63,502 nt of DNA from Verrucomicrobiia bacterium (GCA_050013395.1 JBEKFI010000010.1:1-63502), one strand, 5' to 3'; numbered from the stretch's first letter, positions 1 to 9,722 are shown. Numbers and translations are program-made. Notes: generated from the letters alone by a model not told the origin.

Positions 1-2481
1 CGGCGTACCGTCCTCGAACAGCCCGACAGTGATGTAGCCTTCGTGACCGGCGATGTCGAACTTGTGGGTGATTGCCTGGCGCGTGTCGGGCAGGCGATGC
101 CGTGCAGGTGCCGCCGAGCGTTCGCGCTGCTCCTTGATCTCTTTTTCGAGTTCGAGGATGCGAGCTTTTAGCTCTTCGACTTCCTTGGCCGCGGCGGCAG
201 CTTGCGTCGAGCCGTTACTCTTCGAGGTGCTGAGTGGCTGGGAACGCTTCGAACCGTCGCGATAGATCGCCACGGCTTTCAAACCGAGTTTCCAACCCTC
301 GATGTAGCTCTGCATGATGTCCTCGACGGTGGACTCCTGCAGCATGTTCACCGTCTTGGAGATCGCGCCGCTGAGGAACGGCTGGACGGCGGCCATCATC
401 TTCAGGTGCGCCATGTAATGGATGCTGCGTTTGCCTTTGGCGGGCTTGAACGCGCAGTCGAACACGGGCAGATGTTTCTCCTGCAAGTGCGGCGCGCCCT
501 CGATCATATCGTTCTCGTCGATGTACTTCACGATGTCAGCAATCTGCTGCTCGTTGTAGCCTCGACTCGAATCCTTCGAGCCAAGTTTCTGCAGCGCCAT
601 TGGCACGGTGCGGTTGACGATCTTTAGCATGCCGCCGCCCGCGAGCAGCTTGTATTTCACCAGCGCGATGTCGGGTTCGACGCCCGTGGTGTCGCAGTCC
701 ATCATGAAGGCGATCGTGCCCGTCGGGGCAAGCACCGTGACCTGCGAGTTGCGGTAGCCGTAGCGGCGACCGAGTTCGACGGCTTCATCACCGCAGCGTT
801 GCGCCGCGTCACGCAAGTAGGTGGGGCAACTTGCGTGGATGTGCTTCACGGCGTCGCGGTGCATCTCCATGACGCCAAGCATCGGTTCGCGGTTTCGGGC
901 GAAGCCTTCGAATGCGCCAGTGCGCTCGGCCATTCGTGCCGAGTGCTTGTAAGCATGAAGGTGCATGATGGCGGTGATAGCGCCCGCCACACCGCGGCCT
1001 TCGTCGGTGTCGTAAGGCAGACCGACCGCCATGATCAACGAGCCGAGGTTGGCGTAGCCGAGACCCAGCGGGCGAAACAGATGACTGTTCAACGTGATTT
1101 CCTCGGTCGGGTAGCTCGCGTTGTCCACGATAATTTCCTGCGCAGTGATGAAGATTTCCACCGCAGCTTTGAAGCGTTCCACGTCGAACGTGCCGTCGTC
1201 GCGGAGGAATTTCATCAGGTTTAGCGACGCCAGGTTGCAGGAGCTGTTGTCGAGAAACATGTACTCGCTGCACGGATTGCTGGAGTTGATGGGCGCGGAG
1301 TTCTTGCAGGTGTGCCAGCGTTGGATTGTGTCTTCGTACTGGACGCCGGGATCGCCGCAAGTCCATGTGCCCTCCGCGATGCCCAACATCAGCTCGCGCG
1401 CCTTGTAGGTCGGCCCGGGCTTCTTCGGGTCGGTCACCCAATGCGTGTGCCAGTCCCGGTCTTCAAGGACGGCGCGCATGAAGTCGTCGGAAACGCGCAC
1501 GGTGAGGTTCTCGTTCTGGAAACAGACCGAGCCGTAGGCATCGCCGTTGAAGTCGCCGGAGTAGCCCTGCGCGATCAATGCCCACGCCTTCTTCTCCTCG
1601 TTGGGCTTGGCCTCAATGAACTCCTTGATGTCGGGATGCCAGCATTTGAGCGTGTTCATCTTGGCGGCACGCCGCGTCTTGCCGCCCGATTTCACGACGC
1701 TGGCAATCGAATCGTACACTTTCAGGAACGACATCGGGCCGCTGGGCCGTCCGCCACCTGAGAGTTTTTCCCGTTTACTGCGCAGCGTGGACAGGTCGGT
1801 GCCCGTGCCACTGCCGTACTTGAATAGCATCGCCTCGCTGCGGGCCAACTCCATGATGTTTTCCATCGTGTCGCCGACCGACTGGATGAAGCAGGCCGAG
1901 CACTGCGGGTACTCGTACTGAGTGGTGGCCTGTTTCACTTTGCCTTCGGATTTATCGAAGTGGAAGTTGCCCGCGCTGCTGTCTCTGCCGACGCCGTACT
2001 GATGATAAAGGCCGCAATTAAACCATACGGGCGAATTGAACGAGCCATACTGATTGACACAGAGCCAAGTCAGTTCGTCGTAAAACGTCTCCGCATCCTT
2101 GTCGCTTGCGAAATAGCCGTCGGCCTTGCCCCAACTGGCAATCGTACGCGCGACGCGATGAATCAGTTGGCGCGCGCTCTGTTCCCGCTCGGGCGTGCCG
2201 TTCTCGCCGTAAAAGTATTTCGAGACAACCACCTTCGTCGCGAGAATCGACCAGCTTTTCGGGACTTCGACATTCTCCTGCTTGAAAATCACTTTGCCCG
2301 CCTCATCGGTGATTTCGGCGGTGCGATGTTCCCACTCGAGTTGGTCGAACGGTTTCACGTCTGCCCGGCTAAACACGCGTGGTACGCTCAGGCCGCTGCT
2401 CCTTGGCACAGCGGTCTGAACAGCCCGCGAGGACTGGCCGCTGCGCTTCGCGCGTTTGCCCGATTCGTTCACGGTTGGCAT
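1..2481 (-). CDS. nrdJ: Class II (adenosylcobalamin-dependent) ribonucleotide reductase; the C-terminal end lies beyond the window start
   Basis: Missing from the ORF track because it is open at the window edge. My minus-strand translation from ATG 2481 reads MPTVNESGKR...YPQCSACFIQSVGD...GSGTGTDLSTLRSKREKLSGGGRPSGPMSF...SNPCSEYMFLDNSSCNLASLNL...HKFDIAGHEGYITVGLFEDGTP with no stop down to position 1. These blocks are typical of NrdJ. Confidence 0.9.
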   Translation of the reverse strand, partial: MPTVNESGKRAKRSGQSSRAVQTAVPRSSGLSVPRVFSRADVKPFDQLEWEHRTAEITDEAGKVIFKQENVEVPKSWSILATKVVVSKYFYGENGTPEREQSARQLIHRVARTIASWGKADGYFASDKDAETFYDELTWLCVNQYGSFNSPVWFNCGLYHQYGVGRDSSAGNFHFDKSEGKVKQATTQYEYPQCSACFIQSVGDTMENIMELARSEAMLFKYGSGTGTDLSTLRSKREKLSGGGRPSGPMSFLKVYDSIASVVKSGGKTRRAAKMNTLKCWHPDIKEFIEAKPNEEKKAWALIAQGYSGDFNGDAYGSVCFQNENLTVRVSDDFMRAVLEDRDWHTHWVTDPKKPGPTYKARELMLGIAEGTWTCGDPGVQYEDTIQRWHTCKNSAPINSSNPCSEYMFLDNSSCNLASLNLMKFLRDDGTFDVERFKAAVEIFITAQEIIVDNASYPTEEITLNSHLFRPLGLGYANLGSLIMAVGLPYDTDEGRGVAGAITAIMHLHAYKHSARMAERTGAFEGFARNREPMLGVMEMHRDAVKHIHASCPTYLRDAAQRCGDEAVELGRRYGYRNSQVTVLAPTGTIAFMMDCDTTGVEPDIALVKYKLLAGGGMLKIVNRTVPMALQKLGSKDSSRGYNEQQIADIVKYIDENDMIEGAPHLQEKHLPVFDCAFKPAKGKRSIHYMAHLKMMAAVQPFLSGAISKTVNMLQESTVEDIMQSYIEGWKLGLKAVAIYRDGSKRSQPLSTSKSNGSTQAAAAAKEVEELKARILELEKEIKEQRERSAAPARHRLPDTRQAITHKFDIAGHEGYITVGLFEDGTP

Positions 2482-2621
2482 ACTGACAACAATTTCCTTG
2501 CCTGCCGTCTTGGTCTTTCCAGCGAAATGTTCCCCTATTCCCTGTTTCAAATGGATCACTGCTGCCCCCCTTATTCGTGATGCTTTGCGACACTGAGGAT
2601 GGGAAACGACTTGGTTTCGAA

Positions 2622-2669
2622 CCACCTCTTATTGTGATGGGCTGTAGTCTATGACACTACATATTGTGT
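2622..2669. promoter_or_regulatory. Tandem NrdR-box-like palindromes upstream of nrdJ
   Basis: ACACTACATATTGTGT (2654-2669) matches 15 of 16 positions of the NrdR-box consensus acaCwAtATaTwgtgt. A weaker copy CCACCTCTTATTGTGA (2622-2637) lies exactly 32 bp away, which is the usual tandem spacing. Both sit 140-190 bp upstream of the nrdJ ATG. Confidence 0.5.
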
Positions 2670-2687
2670 TTCAAGCAAAAAGTACTC

Positions 2688-4130
2688 TCACCTGCATTTT
2701 TTTACAAATCCACTGCCTTCCGTTTGCCTTTCCGCGAATTTTCGGCGCTCTCGCTGGCGCAGATTCAGGCGGATCGGACAGCCCCTAAACCCCCACGCGG
2801 CCCTGATCTTATCAACCAAGAACCGCTCGTAATGGGGCGTCAGACAATGCGCATCGTTGACGAACAACGTCAGCGTCGGCGGACGTGAAGATTTTTGAAA
2901 CGCGTACAAAACTTTGAACCGCTTTCCGTGAACAAACGGCGGCGGATAGGACTCGAGGGCGTGCGTCAACAGCTTGTTCAACTGGGGCGTGTCGATGTGC
3001 TTTGCCATTTCCTGTTCGATCACCTCGATCTCCCCGAACAAATCATTCACGCCCTTCCCTGTTTTTGCCGATACGAACAGGACCGGCGCCCAATCCAGGA
3101 AGAACAGTTCGCGTCGCAACGCCTCCAAGTACTCCTCCCGAAATGGCTTTTTATTCTTCCGCCCTCTTCCTTCTTCGCTCTTCTCTTTTGTCTCTTCCTC
3201 CACGGCCAGATCCCATTTGTTCACCAAGATCATGCATCCACGAGCCGCTTCGCAAATTTGTCCCGCGATCTTCTTGTCCTGTTTCGTCACGCCATCGACG
3301 GCATCCAACACCAACACAGCCACGTCGCAATCGCGGATGCTGCGTTCCGCTCGCATCAAGCCGAACTGATCGACCGAGGTTTTTATCTTTCGCTTGTGCC
3401 GTAGTCCTGCCGTATCGATGAGCACGTAGGGTTTATCATTGAAAATAAATGGCACGTCGATGGAGTCGCGCGTCGTGCGGGGAATCTCGCTGACGATCGT
3501 GCGCTCGCTCTTCAAAATGGAATTGATCAGCGACGACTTCCCCACGTTCGGCCGCCCAACAATGGCAATCCGACTCGGCCTGCCCGTCTCCTCGGCCGAG
3601 GACGAGGTGAATTGTTCCGTTGCTGCGTCGAGCAGCGCCGGTACGCCCAGGCCATGGATCGCCGCGATGGGAAACAGTTTTTCGAAACCAAGCTCGGTGA
3701 ACTCAGTCACGTTTTCCTCGCGCATCTGATTGTCCACCTTGTTCACAGCGAGAAAAACTCTTTTCCCGCTTGCGCGGAGCTTGCGAGCGGTCTCGATGTC
3801 GAGAGGCGTGACGCCGTCCGTAACGTCCACGACCATCACCAGCGCGCTGGCTATTTCAATCGCGATCTCGGCTTGCCGCCGTGTCGCCGCAGCCAGCGCG
3901 TCAGAAGTCTTTTCCTCGTCCATGAACGCGATGCCACCCGTGTCCACGACCTCGAACGTTCTCTCGCGCCACTTCGCCATCGCGCTGACACGGTCGCGCG
4001 TGACGCCCGCTTCTTCGTGCACGATGGCGATGCGCCGCCCCGCGATCCGGTTGAACAGCGCGCTCTTACCGACGTTGGGGCGGCCAACGATGGCGAGAAC
4101 CGGAATGGAGTGATGGAGTGTTGGAGTCAT
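2688..4130 (-). CDS. der: Ribosome-associated GTPase Der/EngA
   Basis: Two tandem GTPase domains (GRPNVGKSALFNR..DTGG..NKVD and GRPNVGKSSLINS..DTAG..NKWD) followed by a C-terminal KH-like region. Confidence 0.92.
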   Translation of the reverse strand: MTPTLHHSIPVLAIVGRPNVGKSALFNRIAGRRIAIVHEEAGVTRDRVSAMAKWRERTFEVVDTGGIAFMDEEKTSDALAAATRRQAEIAIEIASALVMVVDVTDGVTPLDIETARKLRASGKRVFLAVNKVDNQMREENVTEFTELGFEKLFPIAAIHGLGVPALLDAATEQFTSSSAEETGRPSRIAIVGRPNVGKSSLINSILKSERTIVSEIPRTTRDSIDVPFIFNDKPYVLIDTAGLRHKRKIKTSVDQFGLMRAERSIRDCDVAVLVLDAVDGVTKQDKKIAGQICEAARGCMILVNKWDLAVEEETKEKSEEGRGRKNKKPFREEYLEALRRELFFLDWAPVLFVSAKTGKGVNDLFGEIEVIEQEMAKHIDTPQLNKLLTHALESYPPPFVHGKRFKVLYAFQKSSRPPTLTLFVNDAHCLTPHYERFLVDKIRAAWGFRGCPIRLNLRQRERRKFAERQTEGSGFVKKCR

Positions 4131-4382
4131 GGAGTAATGGGCTTCTCAACAATACCCTAACACTCCAGCACTCCACTACTCCAATCTGCTTACAGATGTA
4201 CCCACTCTCGCCGTGCTGCGCTCGCCGTCAGCAAGACAATGAGACACCCCAGCCACCGTGTGTATCTTTTCATGTAGTCCTCCCCTCTTTGTGGAAACTG
4301 TGGGCGCGATTCTGGACGCCCGCTGGTCAAACTCAAGTTGATTGTGCTCGCCTCGAATCCGCTTCGCGGCTAGCCTCGCCGC

Positions 4383-5651
4383 GTGAATGCGCGGGAGACA
4401 GCGTTTGACTTGCTCATCCGCTGGCGGCGGTCGCGCTTGCTTGCCGACGAGTTGCTGAATGATCGGTTGGAGCACGCCACAATTTCGGCCGCCGACCGCG
4501 CGCTGAGCACGGAATTGTTTTACGGTTGTCTCCGTAACAAATTGGCGCTGGAATATTTGCTTTCGCAAGTCGCCGCCAAAAAACCTCGCTCCGCCGTTGC
4601 TGCGATCCTCATGCTCGGCCTGTATCAAATCTTCTTCCTGGAAAGAATTCCCGCCCACGCCGCCGTCCACGAAACGGTAGAACTGGCCAAATCCCGCCAC
4701 GGCGGGACCAGCGCCGCCGAAGTAGGATTCGTCAACGCCGCCCTGCGACGCGCGCTGAACGAGCGCGAGACGCTCGCCGCAAAATTGGGCGCGACGCGTG
4801 ACTGCGAGCCGTGGGTGTATTATTCGCATCCGCGCTGGTTGTTTGAGCGCTGGCAATCTCGATGGGGCAAGAAGGAGTCACTGGCGCTCTGCGAGTGGAA
4901 CAACACGCCTCCTTCCATCCACATAAGGATCAACGCACTGAAAATCGCAGGCAAACCGGCCGACCTCGACGCTGAACCCACCGTATTCCATCCACTTGCC
5001 TGGAAGATCACCAGTTCCGCAAAAATCTTTCAGACAAGCTCATGGGTCAACGGCGAGTTCTACGTCCAAGACCCATCCACGCTTTTGGCCGTCGATGTTC
5101 TCGACCCGCAACCGGGCGAATCGGTGCTGGACATGTGCGCCGCGCCGGGCGGAAAGACGACCTACATCGCCCAGAGAATGCAGAACCGCGGTCAAATCAT
5201 CGCCGCCGACTCCTCGAGTTCTCGTCTTGGCCTTGTCGGGGAGAACTGCAGGCGACTAGGCGTCAACATTGTGGCAACCATCGCCTGCGATGGCACTCGT
5301 TTGGATCGTTGCTTGCGAAGGACGGATTTTGACCGTGTGCTGGTGGACGCGCCGTGTTCGAACACCGGCGTGCTGCGACGGCGGGCGGACCTGCGCTGGC
5401 GAATTGAAGAGAAGGAAATCATCCGATTGGCCGTTCTCCAGCTCAAACTCCTGAACGTGGCGGCGCGATTCACAAAATCGGGTGGCGTGCTCGTTTACAG
5501 CACTTGCAGTCTCGAACTGGAAGAAAACGAACGCGTCGTCGAGCGGTTCCGCGAAACGCATCCGCAGTTCACGCTCGAAACGACGCGTTCGACTTTTCCG
5601 CCGCGCGACGGTGTGGACGGTGCTTTCGTCGCGCGGTTCAGTCGTAAGTAA
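4383..5651 (+). CDS. rsmB: 16S rRNA (cytosine-C5) methyltransferase, RsmB/Sun family
   Basis: NusB-like N-terminus, then SAM-methyltransferase motifs DMCAAPGGKT, DRVLVDAPCSNTGVLRRR and YSTCS. GTG start. Confidence 0.85.
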   Translation: MNARETAFDLLIRWRRSRLLADELLNDRLEHATISAADRALSTELFYGCLRNKLALEYLLSQVAAKKPRSAVAAILMLGLYQIFFLERIPAHAAVHETVELAKSRHGGTSAAEVGFVNAALRRALNERETLAAKLGATRDCEPWVYYSHPRWLFERWQSRWGKKESLALCEWNNTPPSIHIRINALKIAGKPADLDAEPTVFHPLAWKITSSAKIFQTSSWVNGEFYVQDPSTLLAVDVLDPQPGESVLDMCAAPGGKTTYIAQRMQNRGQIIAADSSSSRLGLVGENCRRLGVNIVATIACDGTRLDRCLRRTDFDRVLVDAPCSNTGVLRRRADLRWRIEEKEIIRLAVLQLKLLNVAARFTKSGGVLVYSTCSLELEENERVVERFRETHPQFTLETTRSTFPPRDGVDGAFVARFSRK

Positions 5652-5660
5652 CGGTTCCCG

Positions 5661-6185
5661 TCAGTTGCCGCCACCCGGAGGAGGCGGAGGAGGACCGCCG
5701 GGGCCACCACGACGCCCGCCGCCACGGCGATTCGCCATTTGCTGCAACGCGTCGTCGAGCTTCTTCTTCTGCTCATCGGTCAGGCTCTTGCGGAACTCGT
5801 CCTGGTACTTCTTTTGCAAGTCCTGCTGGGGTTGCATGAGTTCCTGAAGTTTCCCGCGGAGCTCCCCTACTTTGGCCTGATCGCCGGCATCGCGAGCGGC
5901 TGTCATGTCCGCACGCACTTTGGCGATATCGTTGGTGGCGGCCTTCTGCTTTTCAAGCAGTTGGTCACGTTCCTTGATGAACTTCGCGTCCAAGTCCTTC
6001 AACTTGGCTTGCTGATCGGCCGTCAGCGACAATTGATCCACTACCGACTGAGGCAAAACAGAGCCTATATTCTGCATGAATCCGCCTCTTCCGCCTCGCC
6101 GTGGAGCCGGGGGCTGGTCCTGGGCGCGGACACCGGATGCTGTGAGCAACGCCATCACAGCCACGATCGTTAACCACTGTCTCAT
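5661..6185 (-). CDS. Periplasmic Spy/CpxP-like (LTXXQ motif) protein
   Basis: Internal ATG at 6185 preceded by GGAGAA. Signal peptide MRQWLTIVAVMALLTASGVRA. LTADQQAKL and LTDEQKKKL motifs, and a Gly/Pro-rich tail. The 74 upstream codons of the track ORF look non-coding. Confidence 0.6.
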   Translation of the reverse strand: MRQWLTIVAVMALLTASGVRAQDQPPAPRRGGRGGFMQNIGSVLPQSVVDQLSLTADQQAKLKDLDAKFIKERDQLLEKQKAATNDIAKVRADMTAARDAGDQAKVGELRGKLQELMQPQQDLQKKYQDEFRKSLTDEQKKKLDDALQQMANRRGGGRRGGPGGPPPPPPGGGN

Positions 6186-6258
6186 CTGGTTCTCCTTTTG
6201 TTGGTTGGTTTTGGTTGGTGCTTCTATTTCATCGCGCTTTCGATGCGGATGAAAATGG

Positions 6259-6765
6259 TCAGTCTCCCTCTTGCGTGGGTGGCGGAGGACGCGGGTCCGG
6301 CGGCGCGCCACCTCGGAAAGGGAATGGCGGAACCTCCTCGCCGGGGTGTTCCTTGCGCCATTTCTCTTCAAACTCTTTACGGCGCTTGCGAAATTCTTCC
6401 CGGGCACGCTGCCGTTCCTCGGTGGTCATTTCCTGCCACCGCTGATAATTCTGTCGAAGCTTCTCGCGTTCCTGCGGCGACATCTTCAGGACACGGTCGA
6501 TCCGTTCATTGATAGATTTGCGTTCGTCAGGCGGCAGCTCGCGCAACCCCCGGTGGAGGCGCATCACGCGCATCTTTTCCTCAAGCGGCATCGAAGTCCA
6601 AGCGTTGTTCAGCCGTTCCTCCAGCGCCGCGCGGTCCTGGTCACTTTGCGGGACGCCTCCGCGGTTCGAACCGCGACGAGTTGGCTGCTCATCCGCGCGA
6701 GCGGCAATTCCCAAGCCGATCACCGCTGCCGCGCAACTCAGCGCAAGGAAAACGTGGCGTTTCAT
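6259..6765 (-). CDS. Secreted Glu/Arg-rich helical protein (DUF3106-like), part of the ECF module
   Basis: Signal peptide MKRHVFLALSCAAAVIGLGIAARA. Repeated motifs PPDERKSINERI, SPQEREKLRQNYQRW and TTEERQRAREEF. Overlaps the anti-sigma stop by 4 nt. Confidence 0.5.
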   Translation of the reverse strand: MKRHVFLALSCAAAVIGLGIAARADEQPTRRGSNRGGVPQSDQDRAALEERLNNAWTSMPLEEKMRVMRLHRGLRELPPDERKSINERIDRVLKMSPQEREKLRQNYQRWQEMTTEERQRAREEFRKRRKEFEEKWRKEHPGEEVPPFPFRGGAPPDPRPPPPTQEGD

Positions 6766-7205
6766 AGTTCGTTGTCTCCGTTCAGTTGATCCAGCGAGGC
6801 GATGACTTCAAAATCCTCGCCAAAAAAATCTACTTCGTGAACCGCCACATAAATCTGCGCCTGCTTGTTCCCCTGGTAATGCCGCCAGCCAACCCGGCCG
6901 CCAAGTCCGATGGCGATGACGACCGTGGTCAGCATCGCCCATCGGAACACCGGCAGCCGCCACCGTGCGGGAGCAACGACTGTTTCCGGCTCGTCGAGCC
7001 GCCGCAGCGTGCGCTCGACGAAACCAAAGGATGGTTCAATGGCTTCGTGCCGCAGCAGCGTTTGCCAGGCGGCGGCGTGCGCTTGCCATTCGCGTCGACA
7101 CTCGGCGCAGGCGGCAATGTGAGCGTCGAACTCCTGCTGCCGCACCGCATCGAGCCGACCGTCAAGTCGCTCGTCAAAGCTCGCTTGGATCTTTCTGCAG
7201 CTCAT
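6762..7205 (-). CDS. Anti-sigma factor (zf-HC2 type), single-pass membrane protein
   Basis: H-x3-C-x2-C pattern (HIAACAECRREW) and one TM segment (WAMLTTVVIAIGLGG). Lies directly downstream of the ECF sigma gene. ATG at 7205 (MSCRK) chosen over GTG at 7217. Confidence 0.7.
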   Translation of the reverse strand: MSCRKIQASFDERLDGRLDAVRQQEFDAHIAACAECRREWQAHAAAWQTLLRHEAIEPSFGFVERTLRRLDEPETVVAPARWRLPVFRWAMLTTVVIAIGLGGRVGWRHYQGNKQAQIYVAVHEVDFFGEDFEVIASLDQLNGDNEL

Positions 7206-7253
7206 CGTAAGCCTCACTGTTAATGAACACCGTTGCTGAGAAAATGTTGCGTA

Positions 7254-7835
7254 TCAATAATACCCCCTCAACTCGTCCTTCAATGTCAGGCGCGCCCGGT
7301 GCAGCAGCGATTTGACCGCGGAGACCGAACACTGAAGCACCCGGGCAATTCCCTCGTACGACAGCCCCTCGTATCGGCACAGAATCACGGCGGTGCGCTG
7401 TTGATCGGGCAGGCGACCAACCGCTTCCTTGACTCTTTCCTGCAGCTCGCGGTGCGCCGCCTCGTGCGCGGGATCGGCGGCGCTGGAATCGGCCACTTGC
7501 ACGTTCGCCTCTGCGGGATTCTCCGGTTGCGCCAGCGCTTCCAGCGACTCGGTCGCATGACGAGCGCGACGGCGGTGCTCATTTAGCACCGCGTTGTGAA
7601 CGATCGTGAACAGCCACGTCGTGAATTTCGCCGTCGGCTTGTAGCGCGGAGCGGAGCGATAGACCTGCACGAACACGCGTTGCGCCAGGTCTTCCGCCTC
7701 CCACGCGTCGCCGATGCTGCGGTAGATGACGTTGATCACGGCCCGCTGGTGGCGCTCGACCAATTCCCGAAATGCCTCTTCGTCGCCGTCTCTGATGCGC
7801 TGCATCAGCGCGACGTCCGATTCATTGGAAGCCAT
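7254..7835 (-). CDS. ECF-type RNA polymerase sigma-70 factor
   Basis: Region 2 and region 4 blocks: DEEAFRELVERHQRAV, FTTWLFTIVHNAVLNEHRR, LPDQQRTAVILCRYEGLSYEGIARVLQCSVSAVKSLLHRAR. Start set at MASNESD because the 40-codon upstream extension runs through a REP-like repeat. Confidence 0.88.
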   Translation of the reverse strand: MASNESDVALMQRIRDGDEEAFRELVERHQRAVINVIYRSIGDAWEAEDLAQRVFVQVYRSAPRYKPTAKFTTWLFTIVHNAVLNEHRRRARHATESLEALAQPENPAEANVQVADSSAADPAHEAAHRELQERVKEAVGRLPDQQRTAVILCRYEGLSYEGIARVLQCSVSAVKSLLHRARLTLKDELRGYY

Positions 7836-7916
7836 CACCTGCCAGCGTACCGCAAGCCATGCGGCACTGCAACGGCAGCGAAGTTGCGCGGGGCGCATCT
7901 GGGCGCTCCCACCGAA

Positions 7917-7994
7917 TTGTAGCCCCGAAAGCCTTCGGGGCAAGTCGTACCTCATCAGCCACCGCGAAAGCCGCGAGCAGGCTCGCGGCTACAA
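7917..7994. repeat. REP-like composite palindrome, family 1 (TTGTAGC ... GCTACAA)
   Basis: TTGTAGC-CCCGAAAGCCTTCGGGG-...-GCCGCGAGCAGGCTCGCGGC-TACAA. The same hairpin modules recur at 33310, 41512 and 46660. Confidence 0.8.
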
Positions 7995-8051
7995 TTACGC
8001 TGACCGGACACTTGCCCGATGCGGCGGCGAAGTATAAAATCATCTCCCGTT

Positions 8052-8357
8052 ATGTTGATCGTCCACGTCCACGTTCATGTGAAACCGGAGTGCGTAGAGG
8101 CGTTTCGGCAGGCGACCGTCGAGAACGCGCGCCAAAGCGTGAAGGAACCCGGCATCGCCCGCTTTGATGTCGTCCAGCAGACCGACGACCCGACGCGATT
8201 CGTGTTGGTCGAGGTCTATCGCACCGCCGACGCGCCCGCCAAACACAAGGAAACTGCTCACTACGCGAAATGGCGCGACACCGTTGCCGATATGATGGCT
8301 GAGCCGCGCACCAGCGTGAAGTACGCGAATGTGTTCCCCAATGATGCAGGCTGGTAA
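8052..8357 (+). CDS. Antibiotic-biosynthesis-monooxygenase (ABM) domain protein
   Basis: About 100 aa, [51 protein letters not shown]. This is the typical ABM ferredoxin-like fold signature. Confidence 0.7.
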   Translation: MLIVHVHVHVKPECVEAFRQATVENARQSVKEPGIARFDVVQQTDDPTRFVLVEVYRTADAPAKHKETAHYAKWRDTVADMMAEPRTSVKYANVFPNDAGW

Positions 8358-8445
8358 TAGTAGGGTGGGCGTCTCGCCCGCCTGCCGTTCCTGCGACGCG
8401 CGAACACGACTGGGAGACCAAACGGGCGGGACGCCCGCGCTACTA
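8358..8445. repeat. REP-like palindrome (TAGTAGG ... CGCTACTA)
   Basis: GGGTGGGCGTCTCGCCCGCC pairs with GGCGGGACGCCCGC across a spacer of about 40 nt. The ends, GTAG and CTAC, resemble family 1. Confidence 0.6.
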
Positions 8446-9638
8446 TGAACTTCGACTTCGCCACCGCTGCACTCATCGTTTTCGGCGCGGGCAGGCTGCG
8501 CGAGGTCGGCGCGATGGCCCGCGAACTTGGCCGACGCGCCTTCGTGGTAACTGGCAGTTCGACTGAGCGGGCGAAACCGCTTCTCGCCGCGCTGGCAAGT
8601 CACGATGTCGAGTCCGTAACGTTTCCCGTTGCAGGCGAGCCGACAACGGAGGTCGTGCAAAGAGGAACACAATCCGCTCGCGAACAAAGATGCGAACTGG
8701 TCATTGGTTTCGGCGGCGGCAGCGCCATCGACACGGCCAAGGCCGTTGCCGCGTTACTGACCAACGGCGGCGACTTGCTCGATTACCTCGAAGTGATCGG
8801 CAAAGGCAAACCGCTGGCCAAACCTTCCGCGCCCTACGTCGCCATTCCGACAACCGCCGGCACCGGCTCCGAAGTGACGCGCAACGCCGTTTTGGGATCG
8901 CCCGATCACAGGGTCAAGGTCAGCCTGCGCAGTCCGTTGATGCTGCCGCGCGTGGCATTGGTGGATCCCGAACTCACCTACGACCTGCCGCGTGAAGTGA
9001 CTGCGAGCACCGGACTCGATGCGCTCACGCAACTCATCGAGGCATTCGTGTCGAACCGCGCGAACCCGATGACCGACGCGCTTTGCCGCGAAGGGATTCG
9101 GCGCGTGGCCCGTTCATTGCGCCCCGCCTACGAGACGACCGACGATCCGCCTTCGCTGGAGCTTCGGCGGACAGGTGCATCGGCGCGCGAGGACATGTCG
9201 CTGGCTGCGTTGTTCAGTGGACTGGCACTGGCAAACGCCGGACTCGGTGCGGTCCACGGATTCGCTGCGCCGATTGGCGGGATGTTTCACGCGCCGCACG
9301 GCGCGGTGTGCGCGACGTTGTTGCCACACGTGATGGAAGTCAACCTCCGCGCGCTCCGGGCACGCCAGCCCCGAACAGCGGTTCGGGGCAAGCCCGAGAG
9401 CGAAGCGCTGCGCCGGTACGAAGAGATCGACCGCGTGTTCGGCGGCGAAGCGATCGCGTGGATTCATGAGACGTGCCGCTCGATGAAAATTCCGCCGCTG
9501 TCGAAGTACGGTGTTCGAGAAAAAGATTTTCCAGTGTTGGTTGAAAAAGCAGCTATCGCCAGCAGCATGCGGAGAAATCCGATCACCCTGACACCCGATG
9601 AACTGTGCGAGATTCTGGAACGCGAAGCCGCTGCATAG
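8445..9638 (+). CDS. Iron-containing (group III) alcohol dehydrogenase
   Basis: GFGGGSAIDTAK and PTTAGTGSEVT motifs, a His-rich metal site (HGFAAPIGGMFHAPHGAVCA), 397 aa. Confidence 0.85.
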   Translation: MNFDFATAALIVFGAGRLREVGAMARELGRRAFVVTGSSTERAKPLLAALASHDVESVTFPVAGEPTTEVVQRGTQSAREQRCELVIGFGGGSAIDTAKAVAALLTNGGDLLDYLEVIGKGKPLAKPSAPYVAIPTTAGTGSEVTRNAVLGSPDHRVKVSLRSPLMLPRVALVDPELTYDLPREVTASTGLDALTQLIEAFVSNRANPMTDALCREGIRRVARSLRPAYETTDDPPSLELRRTGASAREDMSLAALFSGLALANAGLGAVHGFAAPIGGMFHAPHGAVCATLLPHVMEVNLRALRARQPRTAVRGKPESEALRRYEEIDRVFGGEAIAWIHETCRSMKIPPLSKYGVREKDFPVLVEKAAIASSMRRNPITLTPDELCEILEREAAA

Positions 9639-9722
9639 CCTGCCAGTTCATCCCCTCCGTCCTCAGTCGCCTAAAGACTGACTCACGATACAACCGCTAC
9701 GCTGGTGCATTGGGCGCAGCGA

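Noticed and set aside
2482-2687. Possible cobalamin riboswitch in the nrdJ leader
   Set aside because: I looked for a B12-box-like core (..AGYCMGG.AGACCKGCC..) on the minus strand and did not find one. NrdR boxes explain the conserved-looking palindromes better.
4176-4856. 226-aa minus-strand ORF overlapping the start of rsmB
   Set aside because: It overlaps the well-supported rsmB on the opposite strand and has no motifs.
7836-7955. N-terminal extensions of several track ORFs: the sigma factor 7836-7955, PepSY 24255-24620, amtB 28661-28987 and 31195-31383, gyrB 49400-49591, GreA-like 40740-40943, and Spy-like 6186-6407
   Set aside because: The extensions cross REP repeats, overlap upstream genes or precede an obvious signal peptide or conserved N-terminus. 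Internal start codons with better context were used instead.
8040-8687. 215-aa minus-strand ORF across the ABM gene, a REP element and the ADH start
   Set aside because: It runs through a palindromic repeat and is antisense to two credible genes.
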